Positions 12,271 to 26,899 of a DNA stretch of 64,000 bases are shown piece after piece; position 1 is the stretch's first letter; each line of letters opens with the position of its first letter. The stretch spans positions 186,001-250,000 of the forward strand of contig JAYWIR010000058.1 of NCBI GenBank assembly GCA_036172245.1. Reading direction: 5' to 3'. Source of the stretch: Raillietiella orientalis (lineage: Eukaryota). Under the pieces are notes generated by a model. The model was not told the origin of the DNA. It searched no databases and saw only the letters and a program-made list of their open reading frames with translations. Position numbers and translations under genes: made by a program.

Positions 12271-13399
12271 CTTTTACGGGAAAGTTAGCCCAAGTAATCC
12301 TTCCAAGATTCCTGGGGGGCATCTTTGGCGAAGCACTCGAAATGCTGCGGCAGAAATCTCTACGGCCAGCGATTCCCGAATGGAGACACGGAATCGAACA
12401 ACATAAACGGGCAGGTTGAAGATGAAGGAAATCTCATCCCGGAATGCCGAGCGCATGGAGCGTCCGAGAGAACTGCACGGGAGACGAGAAATCCGACCTC
12501 CTCGCTTGGAACTACGCTCTAAAAGCCTGGTCTGTTTTCGAAACAAAAAACAATGCAAACAAAAGAAATAGACAAGCAACGTGTCTTTCTCTAAAATCTC
12601 ACCTAAGCGGAGATCATCTCGCGGCAACGTAGGAAAGCCAACACTTTTTCCTGAAGAGTGGCGAACTTTCTGACGCCTGAAGTTGGAGCTATGCGAGAAG
12701 ACCAACTGCAAGATGGAGACAGCATGAGTGCAGGCTCCAAAAGTCCCCGTTTGCCCCTCTTTCTGAAAACCCCGGGCCCATTCGCTCCATCATCAAATAC
12801 ATTCTCCCAGCATGTAAGCTCCTCTTCTCCTTCAGAGCATCAGCTAGCAGTGTGTGAGGGCTGCATAAGCTGGGTTGTCCCTACCTTGCACAAACTGTGC
12901 CCGGGAGCACTTCCGGAACGAACGTACGAAGAGGCTTGCTTCTAAAGAGTAGAATCTCACATGGAGCTCGCTACTTCCGTGTGCTGCATCCAGATAAACA
13001 GCTTGCAAATCGTTGGATAAGAAAAAATTTCCTTCTCGTTTAGCCAAGTTCACTAGAGCGACGGAATGCACATCTATATCATTGTACTGAAATATAGGTG
13101 TATACATCTATGCACACTTCACAACGACCTCTGTTGGAAGGAACTTCGTTACAACGACTCGTGTCTTTTCATCTTCCGAGAAAAAGAGTGGCTGGGGAGC
13201 AAAATGTTTGCAAGACCAGCACTGACGTTGGCTTCGAACTGTTGTGTACAGCATTTTGCCAAGGTGGACGCTGCAGCAAGCGAAAACAAAAGAAGCAAAG
13301 GCACCGCAGGAACTCCTCCAGAGAAGTACTGGGGCTGTGAGCAGGTGATGGCGAAAGTTCTGGCAATGAAAGAGAGGGGAGGCTGCGGCAACGTGTCTG

Positions 13400-15290
13400 C
13401 GCTTGGCTGACTCATCTCCCCTATCCTGGTTCCCTCTCTGAGAGCAGGCAAGAGCATCCGTCTCCTTCGCCCGGCTGCCTGCGGGCAACAGCTGAGCGCC
13501 GGTATTCCATGGGTTCCGGTACCGACGGAGACGGGTCGCTATCCAGGTCGTGGTCTCGCTGGTGCCCGTCTCGGGAGCATCGGAGAGCACGAGGCTCGAG
13601 CTTTTCGCGCGCCCCTCGTCGCCCGCTCTTCTTGCAAAGTGAGGGAACGAAACGGCCAGCTTCGGGTGCCCCTCTTTGCACCGTGTCCAGCAAGTCCCGT
13701 CGACGACATCCATCGTCGCCTCAGGGCGACGAGGAGATGTCGAGCCTCCTTCGAGGTGCCGCGGCACTCCGCAGAGGCCAAGCTTTCCGATCAACCGCGG
13801 GCGGACTGCCTTTTCGCCGACCTGCAGCCCACGGGAAAGCCTCCTCTTGCCCCCCACAGCGACGTGCGCGTCAGTATTCGAACCCTGTCCTGCAGCCGGG
13901 AAGTGCAAAAGTGACTGCCACCTCCCAAGTGGGGACCACGTCGCGATCCACGCTTTTCGCAGCGATGCTTCCGAGCTGGATCGCAGCGATGCTGCCTCAT
14001 GCACCTGGCAACACTTTTCGCCCTGCGTCACCCGGAAAGTACTCCATCAGGTGCTGAGTGTCGCATCCCGCACCACGCCGCCACGCACCCACCCACACAC
14101 CGCTTCCGCAAAGCCCTACTGTGGATTCGCAGTCGCCGTTGCGCACGCTCGATCTCTTTCCCGCGATTGTGAGCCACCCCGCTGCGACTTGCGCTGGCGC
14201 TGCGCGTCCGCCCGCGTGCCTGCAGCGGAAGCAGTTGCCCGGAATCTCTTTGGCGCGCTCTCCCTCCCTCTCTTCGGGAAGCTTCATTGCCGCGACGCCT
14301 GCGCTGGGGTGGACGGGGTTCGACGGCTGGACCTTCACGCTGGTGGATGGACTGCACGGACCACCGCAACCGTAAACGCAACCGACAGCTTCCCTCTTCG
14401 TTCGACAGGTACGGCGCACTTCGCCTGGCCGACGGCCCTTCGAAGCGCAGCTCTTCCGGATCGGTGGATCGGGAACAACCAGGCACTTCGCAATGCGACG
14501 GAGGAAGGCGCGTCCGCAAAGTTCCACCCAACGGCATGCCCTTACAGGCAATTGGATGGAAGGATGGTTCATCGCTCGGTAGACCGAAGGGCATTTTGTG
14601 TTGAACTTTCGAACGGGAATCAGGCATTCCTCATTTTCCCGTTCCCGTTCTTCGCTTCTCCGTGGACTTGGCGTCGGCTGCGCCACTTCAAGGGACTGTC
14701 CGCATCGGGTTCTCCTCCGTCCCAGACCTCTAGGATCTCTCTGGAGCATTCGCTACCATTTCCAAAACGGGCGCCGACAGCAGCGGCGGCGCCCCCCGGT
14801 GAGCTCTCTCGCCCGAACCCTTTCGCGCGCACCGTCGCCGCCCTCCTCCTGCTTCGCCGGAACCCGGAGAACCTGCCGTCTTCCAGCAACGACGCGGCGG
14901 AGGACAGGGGCAGGTCTGCAGCTCGGCAGTTAGGTGCGGGCCCGGCGCTGGACAGCCAGCCGCGGTTGCCCCGGTCTGCGAGTCGTGTTACACGCCCTTG
15001 AGAGGGTCCCTGCTTCCGTCCGCCTTACTGTCCATGGCAACCGGGAGCTTCTGTCGTGGGATCCGAGGAACGTCGCGGCGTTCGCTGCATTCACTCAGCT
15101 GCAGTGCCGCCGCTCGCCCGAATGGGCCCACTGACCGACGCTTGCGCATCCGACGGTCCGAGGTTCAGGTCCGGCCTTCTCATCCCATGTCCAGCTGGAG
15201 AGCAGGTCGAGGTGACCTCGCTCCCGGTGTGTCTGATCGTTTGCTTTACTGGACGCGCTCCAGCCACCCAGATGGGAACTCTTGAGGGAA
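13400..15290 (-). mobile_element. Decayed Ty3/Gypsy pol (RT, RNase H, integrase), truncated copy inside the left arm
   Basis: MPFGL at 14594-14580; VQPSNPVHPSAGVAAMKLP; TQGEKCCQVHEAASL. Mirror of the element in the right arm, but lacking the gag/protease part. Confidence 0.65.
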
Positions 15291-16370
15291 GAAACTATGA
15301 AATGGTCCTCCATGATTTCGTTCAAGAATAATTTTTGCGAAAAGGTATTTTAGTTTTCCTTTGAGATGGATTAGCACATGTACAGAATGTATATTGAGGA
15401 TCTGAAAAGTCTACCCACACCTATTTTCGTCTGAAGATGGGTGAATAAATGACAGAACTTCTATTTGTGGAAAGGCCGAAATTTCCACAATTTTTCAAAG
15501 TGGTTGGGGAAGTCTTTTGTTTTCGTTGGTTTATTAAATGTGCTAGTTATTTTTCGATAATGATTGAATATGAGGATCATTCAGTTTATAAAGCTAGCAT
15601 TTGTAAAGCATTTTAATCATATGATTTGTCTGGAAGTGTTTCCTCTGTATAGAAACAAGCGAATCAAAATCATTCTTCCTCTGGAAAACTGCAATAGTTT
15701 GAAATCGTCTCTGGGAAACGTTGAATAAGTGATTTATTTGTTCCATGATAGGAAGTACATATAATGTATTTATGTGGATACAATTTGAAGATCGTATCAC
15801 TTCCTTTTATTTTAGACAATACTTTTTCCCCTTCGCATCATATGTACCCAGTCATGTAAGGAGGTGAGTTTTAATGGCTTAAGGATTGAGCGTCTGGTAA
15901 GCTCATCTATGGGCTGCAATATTGCTAAAATTTCTTAACGTGGGATTCGCACTTACTAGTAAAACTTTGCATGGTTGTACTGTTACCAAATAGAATGCTC
16001 AGCAAAAATATAGGGGAATTTGACATTTTTTGCAGCTATCCAAGTTCACAAAGATTGCATTCATTACTTTACATTCAGTCTGAAGTTACTGTTTCTGCTT
16101 GAGTCGATGTTTACTGATTCACGTTGTTGTGTATATTATTCACAGTCCAATGCCTTGTAATCACACGGAAAGGATTGCGTTAGAAAATTTTCCTTCTTTG
16201 CTCAACAGTGTCATCACCAGCAAACGGTGGGATGGTTTGAGCTCGCAAGCATTCTTTTGTTTAATTATTCTTCTTTTGCTTTCTCATTTTGGGATCTAAA
16301 CTTTGCTGCATTATGCTGATCTATGCGGTCTCGGCGAGTCGCAAAGTCGGAAGTCTATGTGGAGTCGAAG

Positions 16371-17210
16371 ATTCTTTGAATGGAAATGGATGATGGAAAA
16401 TCCTTTGGGGTTCTTTTCTGTCTTCACTGTTTTTCTTCCGGCCCCTTTTTTTTTGTTTTTTTTTTTGTTCGCCAAGCACTGAAGAACCGTTTACCTGGCG
16501 GCTCACGAAGCTCCTTAACGCTGTTCCACGCCATTCGAGGGTGCATGTGAACTAATGGAGATAGGGACATATAGGGAGGGGAGCACCCTATGAATCCAGG
16601 AAGGGGTTCAGAGAGGGGAGGCTGTTCCTCTCACGCCTGGGAGGGATCTCCGAAGGAACCCTCAGTCCTGGTTGTCTCCCAAGGGAACCTCTTCCTTATT
16701 CTCTCCAGAGTGACCTCCGGAGGGGTCTGCTCCATTTCTTCCCCGGAGGGAACTCGCACGGGAACCGCTCCTTGTTACTCCTCTGAAGAGAACTGCGAAG
16801 GGATGCTTCCGAATTTTCTCTGAAGGGCGCTCCCTGAGGGGTGCAGCAGGCTTCTTCATACTCTGGGGAGGCATCATCAATTCGCCAGCTCCACAAGATG
16901 GGGATCCCCCTGAGGGGGAGGACGGCTCCTTTGCACACCCAGAAGGAACGAGACTCCTTGGTTCAGTTTCCTGGGAGGACCCCGGAGGGTCGACACCCAA
17001 TCCCGGCTATTCATAGGGGGATGGGATCCGGTTTTTCGGCTACCAGTACTGCACCCGAATATAGGCCAACCAGCGTCATCTTGCAGGAGGAACTCGGACC
17101 CACGACGCATTCATTTCTCTGGAGTCGACTCTTTCCAAATATTCGACCCCGCAACGTTTGATGCCACGCACGGAAACCGTAAATATGTAGCCTCCGATGC
17201 AGCACATACA
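16371..17210 (-). repeat. GC-rich dispersed repeat, homologous in opposite orientation to about 42150-42650
   Basis: Collinear shared blocks: tgcgtcgtgg, cgctggttggcc, ttcgggtg, aaaccgg, gccgggattgg, gaccctcc, ggttccc...gaagaaat. An 11-bp direct repeat tggagtcgaag lies at 16360-16370 and 17211-17221; T-run at about 16446-16466. Confidence 0.65.
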
Positions 17211-19219
17211 TGGAGTCGAAGTTTTTTAAGTAGACTTACTAAAGCCGAAAACTGAAGAAAGTATATCACTTCGTCATGTGTGATAAAACAATGTTGGCTT
17301 GAGGAGCTTCAAGCAGCATTGGTCTCTTTTGAAACAAAAAATCCATTACAGACTTCACTTCCAGGCTCGCCATGCTTTCATTACCTTCATCACAATTGAG
17401 CCTAATTAAAAGGCTCCACTAATAATGTAATTGCTCAATATTTTGAATGCCCATAATAAATTAGAAAATGACATTATATACAGAGTCATCACCTGGTGGC
17501 GTATTTTGGTGTGGCACCAGATTGATTCAATTTCAGTCTACTTAGCTTTGACATAAATACTAATGCGGGCTAAATCGAAAACTTTATTTTAGTTGGTCAA
17601 ATTTGTGTTCTGAGAAGAGTACTCCGTTTAAATCATTTGCCACATAGGAATTAAAACTATATTGTGTAATCTACGGGAAAAAAATGAGCAACATACACTG
17701 CAGCCTGAGGTAGCAGTTTTTATGCTGCTATGGTAATCTTCCAAACTTAACACATGTTCACTTTTTTGAGTTTGCACAAATTCAACTTTGCTATTGCGGT
17801 GTCAATTATGCTTGGCAGTTGCACAGTAAATTAGCTCAAAATGAATTATTCTTTGGGAAAGCGCTATTCCAATTTAGTTGAGACTAAAGATAAGTATTTT
17901 TTGTCAGCTAAGCTTGAATGAGGGAATCATGCCAAAATACGTTCAATTTTTTTGCCTTGTTGGTTCAGACTTACAAAAGCATGCTTTGGGAAGGCAACTT
18001 CCAAACTGATTAGTATGACATTTTTGATATTAGAAATGATTACTGGTACACTCATTTCTTTCAACACTCTCTGCAATATATTTACTAGAAATGCACTTCG
18101 ACCATATGATTTCCTTTACATAGAAGCCAGACTTTTCTCATTTGAAAGAAATACGATAAAAACAAAAAAACAATTAAAGATTTCCAAAAATGAAGTTTTT
18201 TAGTATACAATTGGAATAAATAAAACTTAAATCTATATAGTACATTGTAAACATCTAAAAACACAATAGTCTATTCAATATATAGTCTATTTCAATAGTC
18301 TACCCACATGTTAATAAGCTCATGACCACATGTATCATGCATATTTGATGTCAGTAATAGAAATTGCAGAAGAAAAAATAGTTTATGCATATTTGAGATT
18401 ATGGACTTGTGTAGTTTCTGAGATTCAGAGAACAAGATCACCTCAGTATGCCATTATGCTATTGGAGATTGTGCCTTCCTTTTACTGACTTGTAAAATAG
18501 GAATTTTTGACATCATCTAAACTTATGATCCCATAAATTTTGTACTACAACAATGCTTTTTTTTCACCTTTATGTCATCCCTGGAAAACAAAGATGTACC
18601 AAACAAGAATTTGTGAGTATAAATAACTGACAGACAATTCTTGTTGGTGATTGTGATTTTTCAAGTACTCTGAGATTTTTCTTTTAACATGGCATCTACC
18701 ACCAGAATTTTAATGTGTAATAATGAATTGTAAATTGCAAAATAATTTATCTAAGAAAATTGTAAAATGCTTCATATACTTTCTTGGATTTCAGTTTTTA
18801 AAGCTATTTGAAATTTAAAATATGCAACAGACAAAATAAGTGCACAATTAGCTTCAATTAATATAATTCACACTTCAGTTTTTTTTAATGCCAAAGATCA
18901 AGAGCCAGTTCATTTACATATGTATTAAATGAAAAGAAACCCTTGATACAAGTTAGCAAAAAGCTGCATAGATAGAGAAGAAAAAAAATCATGCTATAAT
19001 AAATAGAAAACACACAGTGCTTAAACTACATTTACAAAACACTAAATTTCAAAGAATTTCATAACATGAAGTGAAGACCTAAAATCTATCACTAAATCAT
19101 AGTAAATTATTCATAAATGGATACTGACTGCAAATCTATTGTGAATATGGTACAAAGGATTTTTTGATCATTGTGTTTATTTGCTCATTTGCTTTCCCTT
19201 ATTTATTGCTAAATCAACT

Positions 19220-19600
19220 TCAGTGTTCTTTAGATACCATTTGCCTCATTAGATTACCCACAAATTTCTCAATTTTCTTTAAGTCTTGGGAGAATTCAGT
19301 TTTATACTGTAGGCACTAAAACAAGCAAACAAAAAAAAAACGGAAACAAAGAAAGAAAAGAAAAAAAAGCAATATTTTTACAGTAATAAATAATTAAAGT
19401 CATTACCACGCAATCATCTGTAACTTTCAGATTTAATTTGCTTTGACTGTGATTGTATTTCATAACATATCTCACCTATTAATATATAACATTATTATTA
19501 TGCAATACTGAATTGATGAAAATCTCACCTTGGCAGGATTCTGAAAGTACAAACGTTCGGCAGCTTTCTCAAATTCTTCCCAAGATTTTAAATATGTCAT
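19220..19600 (-). CDS. SRP9: Signal recognition particle 9 kDa protein (78 aa, 3 coding exons)
   Basis: complement join(19220-19315, 19407-19475, 19529-19600) with GT-AG introns gives [78 protein letters not shown]. Minus-strand AATAAA at 19202-19207. Confidence 0.95.
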
Positions 19601-22600
19601 GACAAATACTATTCTACAATAATAATAATCTTTAATCCATACCACTGAACTGTTATCATATGTTTCATAGCAAATATGTACATGGGCAAATGAGTGCAAA
19701 CATTTTAATACAAATTCCGATTTAAGACTTTTACTCGAACACTTGCTGAAAAACATGGGGATTTGAAACATTAACATTATCCTATGTGATTTCATAACTG
19801 TTCTAAATCAGTTCATACAGTACATACTTTCAAAGAACATTAGTTTTCACTGCCAAGGTTGCATATTTTCATCTATTCAAAGTTAAAAAAGTTTACTTTT
19901 AAATTCAATTCATGAAAATTGTCTAATCATAAACAAGGAATAAAATTTTAAAATTTGCTTTTCAAACGCCTAAAAAGAACATCACGGATTTCTGTCATAG
20001 TGTTCAGGTTGAACAGGTTATAACAGAAAGAAAATAAGAAAATCTAGACCTAATAATGAAAATTCGTTTTTCCTTCATGACCAATTCCAAAATGAGGTTC
20101 TAATCACGCATCACAGTTTTTGAATTTTCTGGAAAGATTTCTTTATGGCGCTGCGCTTTCCAATCAACATATTCATGCTACGTATACGGCATGTGCTCGC
20201 ACGGTACTCAGAATCACAATTTTACACGGTATTCTATCTTGAACACGATGCAGAACTACCATCTTTTATTAGCTGCCACATTAAGTTCTTACGGTGATTA
20301 ATCATCAAAGAATACGCGGAAATAGTTTCGCCTCCCAGATTTCTTTACGAATTTAATTAAAGAGAGATGCGAGAAAAAAATAAAAGTTTTTCCAAAATAT
20401 TTGCATTTGCATCCTAGAGTGTTTGCATTCTCATTCTCACTCCCTTGATATTTTTATTATAGGATTGGGGGCTACTTTTCACAAACAAAAGAAACTTTTT
20501 TTCTTTTGCAAAGAAATCATCACTTGTTCACAATATTGGTTAGTTCTCATTCTGTTACAATGACCATGGACTCGAAGATATACTGCCACTTGGTCAGGAG
20601 GAAAACGAAATTAAATAACAAATACAGCAGATCTATCCAGTAAATTAAATTTGCACGATTGCTCATATAGCAAACAGTGAATTTCAGTTTTATGGATAGG
20701 AGAAATTTTCTGCGCTTACATTGACTAGAGATTATGCAATTTCTTAACTAGATGAATTTGCGATTTAATCCTAGTCAGTGTTTGTTTGTCTTCTTTTTCT
20801 ATCTCAGTAAAAGTAAGCATAAACAGAAAATAGCAGATGTAAACATTCCTGGTAGACGTTGGCATCGAAGATATTGCATTGTATATATACATTCAAGATG
20901 TATGAATTTATTATTATTTTACTGCCAAGTCAGTTGAAATTTTCAACTTTTTATCTTGGAACTAACTTACCTTCCACGGAATTTTTGATCTGATTTCAAG
21001 AATTCCAGAATTCTTTGCTAAAGAATTCTCTTCTAAACTGAGTATTCCAAGTTAGTTAGAGTTATTTTTTTAACCATACACCTCAAGCAGAAGAAAGCTA
21101 CGTATGAGGCTCTATTTTGTGCAAAGTAGCAGAATTTTCCATGTCTAAATGAAACTTTCCAAAAGCTGCTAGAAGTATATTTAAAGAATTTTCCTGAGAA
21201 CGTGACACATCACTTAATCAACATCTTCTGCCTTGAATCCTTAACAAAGAACAGAAAGTTCGTCTTTATTGAATATAAGAGTTGAATAAATTAGCAGGTC
21301 GCTGGAACAATGAGTGCGCTTTAAAATTTCATCCTAAATCTCATCCTAATTATTACCAAATATTCAATTGCATGGTTACTGGCCTTCCTCCCCATATTAA
21401 AAAATTCATCAGTAATACTCTTTTTGTTTGAATCAGAAACGGCTCTTTAGATGGATCTTTAGATCACGGAATCACTTTTGGAATGATGTAATATCGTATT
21501 CTTGTATTTATACACCTCAACAGTCAAGTTCCGTACGTATCAGTGGAATTCAATGCTGTTCACCGTTGATAGCCAAAGATGTTTATAGAATCCTTTCATT
21601 CTTTTTACTCAGAAGTGTAAAGATGATGAACTCCCGACAAAGACGTTTATAATTCAATTAGTCTTTCTGCAAACTCCAAAACACGTCATCACTAAGTAGC
21701 CCCCAAAAGTATTTGAGACAGCTCGAATAAATCGTGTTTAGTTTGTGAGTGATTATTTGTGTGCTACAGGATAAAAGTGTCTTTTTTATAGAAAGTGAGA
21801 ATTCTATGGAATAACTCTTAAACTTGTAAAAATCTTGTAAAAATCCATTAAGTTACAGATTTACTAAATGGTTTCTCTAGGAATGCTAAGAGAAAACATG
21901 CGTCTAAGTTTGGAAGAACTGTTCAGGATAACTAACAGAAAATAGGTAATCACTGATTTACACTCCCATTTTCCTTATTGTGTCTGTTGCCATAAACCTG
22001 TTTCTCAGGGCAGTTCGAGATACCACGCAAACGAGAAAATGAGTTTCCTGATGACAAATGATTGCTTATGAAGTTTTCACTCTATAACAGAAATATTTGT
22101 GTTCATCTGAAGCGATTTCTGATATTGATTGTGAAGACTATCTTATTTACTTTCGTTGCTATGAGACAGTCACAACACTCAACAGTGATCGATGTAGGCT
22201 TGTCACACTTGCATTGTGTTCGCTTTACTTAATAATCTGCAGCCTCTTAGGGAACTTGATGTTTCTGAAGTGCTATTCATTAAGCCGACGAAATTTTTGG
22301 TTTTTGAATGTTAACACTGTCTTCTGTGCTCCTTTTCATTAAAATGAAAAAAAAAACTGCACAGATTGAATGTGATCAAATTTTTCATGTATGAGTTTGA
22401 TCGTGAGGTTTCTCTGAATGTAAGAAAAGTTTGCACATTTTTACGAGAAAGCATATTCCAACATCTCTTTATCAAGAAACATTCCATATGAAAAATATAT
22501 TATGAAATTACTTTTTCTTTTTCCACTTTTTACGTTTATCATTATGTTCCAGATAATATTGTTCGACAACATCTAATGTTGAAAGTCGCTCTCATAGGAA

Positions 22601-25600
22601 GCTAGAATCTAATTACATGCTCAGATTTATCAGATTCCTTTTTTTTTCTTCGAAATAAACGGAAACGGATAAGTGAATGGAATGGTTCACACGAAAGGGT
22701 GACTACCCAGATTGCATCTGATATAGTACGCATCCCTTCTTCCTGCCCCCCCCCCCCTCTCCCCCTTTCCCATGAATCGCAGATGCGGCGAAGATCGTCG
22801 TATAAACGGACTCGTATAACGCAACTAAAAAATGGAGACTGTCCTCGCAATGACGGTAAATCAACTGTGAGGAGGATGCCGTGGGTATCTTTAGTGTTGT
22901 AGTGCAGTGTCAGTTCAGCTGTTTATTTAGAACGCGAACACAGGATTTAAGTAGGATGAATACTGTCTCTTCCAAACTGGTGAGCTGAGCAGCTCATGAA
23001 GATAGGTTTCTCAACAACGAGAACGATAGAACTGTTTAAATTTAAGAGATAGAAGTTTTTTATTGTTATTTCAAGCTCAGTAATAGAGCAGCATTTTTCA
23101 TTTTTGTTTTAAAGTGGAATAATAAATATTTTGTCGTTACAATCTTTGTCGTTCATATCTTTCATGCATACTATCGTGTTATCTATGTATAGGGCTGATA
23201 TAACATGGAGCGTATCTTCCGTTTTATACGAAGGGACGTTTTATATCTTGCTCTGTGAGCTTTGTTCTAGATTGACCAAGGATGAGTGTCTTTTATCATC
23301 GTTATTCCATAGCAACGATCGTTTAAAAGAACTTTCTTGACCGTCCTGCTTGTCAGGTTCTGTTTCAGTTCATTCTCGAAGCTGATGGATTGCATACTAT
23401 AACAAAAATTACAAATAGAACAACCTCTTCAGAAAATTCTGCGAAAGAAAGAATATGCTGAACACAAAAGAAATAAATCATTCTTCAATGTATTTGATTA
23501 ATATTAATTTACTCAATTTAATGTGAGGCATTCTAAAATGAGAGTCAGAGGAACTGCTTTACTTGTGGTTCTATTGTAAAAGAGCAATTGTAATGGAGAA
23601 TTTATTAACCACTATTTTCGTTGTTATTTAGCACATATGCATTGAGTATTTCATCTTCGTTTCCTTCTCTTTCGGGCTCTAGGAGGAGAAGAATATCATT
23701 CTCTCACACAGGTCCTTTCACGTTCTGTATAATACATCGTGAAGACTCATCTAAGAATTCGACACGTACCTGCATGCGCCCCTGTGATCCTGTGCAGCCT
23801 ATTATTGTTGTAACTCTAGCAAGTTTTACTTTATCCATTCTTCAGATCTAATTATATGCAACTTTTTCCAAGCACACATATGTTTCCTTCAGGACGGTCA
23901 AGAAAGTCTTCGTGAAGTTAATGAACCTAATTCAGTGATGCATCACTTTCAGATGAGCACTTTTGGGGGAAGTCCTTCTTATTCGACATAATCTTCCCAT
24001 ATAAATTAGAAACAAGTAGGAAAAAAAAAAGAGAGTGGAACAATCGGATCTTGGTGCAGAGGCAAGCATCGTAAAGACGTCACGGCGTGCGACATCAAAA
24101 TTGCCACCAATCAAGGCTCACGCAAAACATGATTCGATCCGTCTTATTTAGCTTTGCCATTTCATTAAACATGCTGGCAGAATTTGTTTTTCCGCTGGGC
24201 ATTTTAGTTGTTGATTCTTATATTACACTTCTCGCTTTCTATCTCTCCGATCCGGATTCACACCTGAACTGAACTTCGTAAGATGCAGTTATGTTTGCTT
24301 AGTCTTTCCTTTCATGTTGTGAGTTTGTCATTCTGTTTGGGGAAACCCATGCTTCCTGATTTCTGAATCGTTTGTGAATGAACGATTCTGTTCTTTGAAA
24401 ATATAAAGGGGATACAATCTGCTATGCAATCAAAAGTGTAGTCGTGGATTTAGATCGTAGACCAGATTGCCTTCATCTTGAACTCTCAACTGCTGAAATT
24501 GTCTGCGACTATCACGTTTATTCCATGGCGAAAAGTGAGGATCAACAAAGCAACTTTTCTACTAATCGAAATTGTCGAATTGTAAATGGCTTTTGTAAAA
24601 TAATGAGTAGAATGGCTTCTCCTTCACTTAAGTCATTCAGTTCGCTGAATGACTTGAAAAACATTGCTTTGAACACATCTAAAATCAACAAAAAGCAGAA
24701 GCATCAGGAGGAAAAATCATCTAAAACGAATACAATGTATCGGTGTGGGCAGTAGTGGGCATCAAATATGCGTTCTGCATGCAGTAAATGAACAGTGGAC
24801 TTCCAATCGAACTCTACTCTAATCTGTCTCCATAATTGTCTCCAAATATGACAAGCATGTAGTAGGAATCAATCTTCTTGAGGAATTAAAAGAAATCCAT
24901 CGGAAACACGAGTTTTTCTGAAGCTCTGCTAACATAAAAATAGGTTTTTTTAAAAAATGATTTCCCCTTGGTCAAGTTTATTCTTCCTTCTCGAGGTCCG
25001 AACGGTTTCCTCTTTAAGAGCAATAAACATATTTCCATCCACAAAAGTGAAGATGAAAAACGATTACAAAGAAAATGCATGCGACCATCCATATTGAAAG
25101 AGTCTTTCAAAAGACTCAGGGACAGAAAAGCATTAGCACAATCACGATTAAAAAATCTGATCAGAGTATCTCATTTAGATATTTTGATCCATAACGAATG
25201 GTTTAAAATTCAGGTGAGAGAGAAGTGTGCATCAAAAACTGAATGTACAGAATAGTGAGCTGAGAATTAGAAACATTCCGTTGATCGGAGGAACGAAATC
25301 TGTCGATAGTCTGAAGAAAGGAATCCAATATACAATACACATATTTTAATAAGAAAAAAAAAGAAAAAATAGAGAGAAGAGAATAAAAAATGGATGTTCT
25401 AACTCTAAAAGGATATAGCAAGCACTAAACGATGGCTCTTAAAGTTGAAGGATTCGTTTTCAATAGGAGAAAGTAACTTATCTCTAGTGAAGAGTTGTGT
25501 CCAAAGAGTTTTCCAATTTGGAGGCTGGATGCTGTTTCCAGGGAGCATCCATTTGTTTTTTTAAAAAAGAAGTTCGGTTGTGGGATTCTGTTTCACTGTA

Positions 25601-26899
25601 CCGCTTCTCGTGACATAGCATTTGAAAATAGATCCCTTGTACCTGAAACCTATGTATGATGATGGTGTTAGAATAATATGAATCAAAAAGTTCGTCTTAA
25701 TGAGGGATTTTGAAACCAGCTCTAACTGCATTTGTTACAAGACTGAAGGTCATCCTTCTTCTGGATGTGCACCATGAAAACGGAACTTCATATCACAACT
25801 TCAGGCAAGTTTCGCCCAAGTGCTTGGCAAAAAATCCATTCCTCTTGTTCAGAGGACTTACTGATTTCATGTACCAGCAATTTTCAGAAATTCCCTACTG
25901 CTATTCTTGCATTCTTTCAAATATTTCTGCAGAAAATTTAGTATTCCTCGTGAAGACCAAGTGACTGAATGAATTTTAGAAGAATAGCTCACCTTGAAGC
26001 AATACTACTGTTTTTTTGCTTTAAGTTCTGTCATCCCGTAAACAGAAAATCTTTCGCTTCATTAATCAAAAGAATATTCTAAAAGAATATTCATGAGCGC
26101 CACCAAGTAGTTTTCCTATATCCAGCAGAGATCTTTCTCTGATCCTGTCTTACCAAAGCAATGCAAAACATTTTTTGCGCTTCTGTGAGGAATCGATTCC
26201 ATCGTGTGGTGAAACAACAAAAATGCATAAGAAATCGATTCACTGCAAAATGTGGCAGCCATCAGTTTGACTGAGTCAGCAATTCCAGGCATAACTTGGC
26301 TGGTACACAAATAAAATTCCAAGACAGCTACACACAAATGGTCAGTACATATAACACTCGAGAAGCAAGGCTTTCATGAAAACTTCCACTTGAGGAGCGT
26401 AAACTCAAAGCTCTGAATAAAATTGTATACTTATGGATATTTATATTGTACATTCATACACATCATGTGCACTTAAATTGAAATTCATCAGTTGTAATGG
26501 TTGTGGAGCTGACGCCAAAAGATGATCCATGGACTTCCTTTGTAGCTTTTATATTCGTGCCTTATACCTTCACTCTCAAGATTTCAAATCCCGTTGTTTC
26601 CTAAATTCATAGATGGCGCAGATGGTTGCACGATCAAACTTGAGGACAAATGAAAGGTTGAACGTGCTGCTATCTAGCGTGCGGAGTCCAACTTCTAAGG
26701 AAAGAATGATTATCAAATGATCATCAGTTGATGGTAACGTTCTTCTCAGAAAAAGTAGTATTTTTCTTCCAGCACTGAAGACAGAAGGAGCAAGAGATCG
26801 GTAAGAACCAGCGGATGCTTCCAGTGAGTGTCACAGGAGCTTTGGATGTAAAACGCTCCATTTCCTTTCTGTTGCGCTGAGTCTTGTTTCTTTGAGCAC

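Larger units (their letters stand above)
10596..15290. repeat. Left arm of a 4,695-bp inverted duplication (reverse complement of 29710-34404)
   Basis: The ORF track is mirrored with coordinates summing to 45,000, so there is no net indel. I found 3 substitutions: 12364/32636, 12609/32391, 15283/29717. Both junctions were read directly. Confidence 0.98.

Noticed and set aside
13676..15001. 441-aa ORF (and its mirror 29999-31324) as a novel protein gene
   Set aside because: It is antisense to the decayed Gypsy RT/RNase H, GC-rich and Arg/Ala/Pro-biased, with no ATG start or recognisable domain. Identity between the copies only reflects the recent duplication.
20300..26700. Short ORFs in the AT-rich spacer
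   Set aside because: No recognisable domains or consistent exon chain; treated as intergenic or unresolved.
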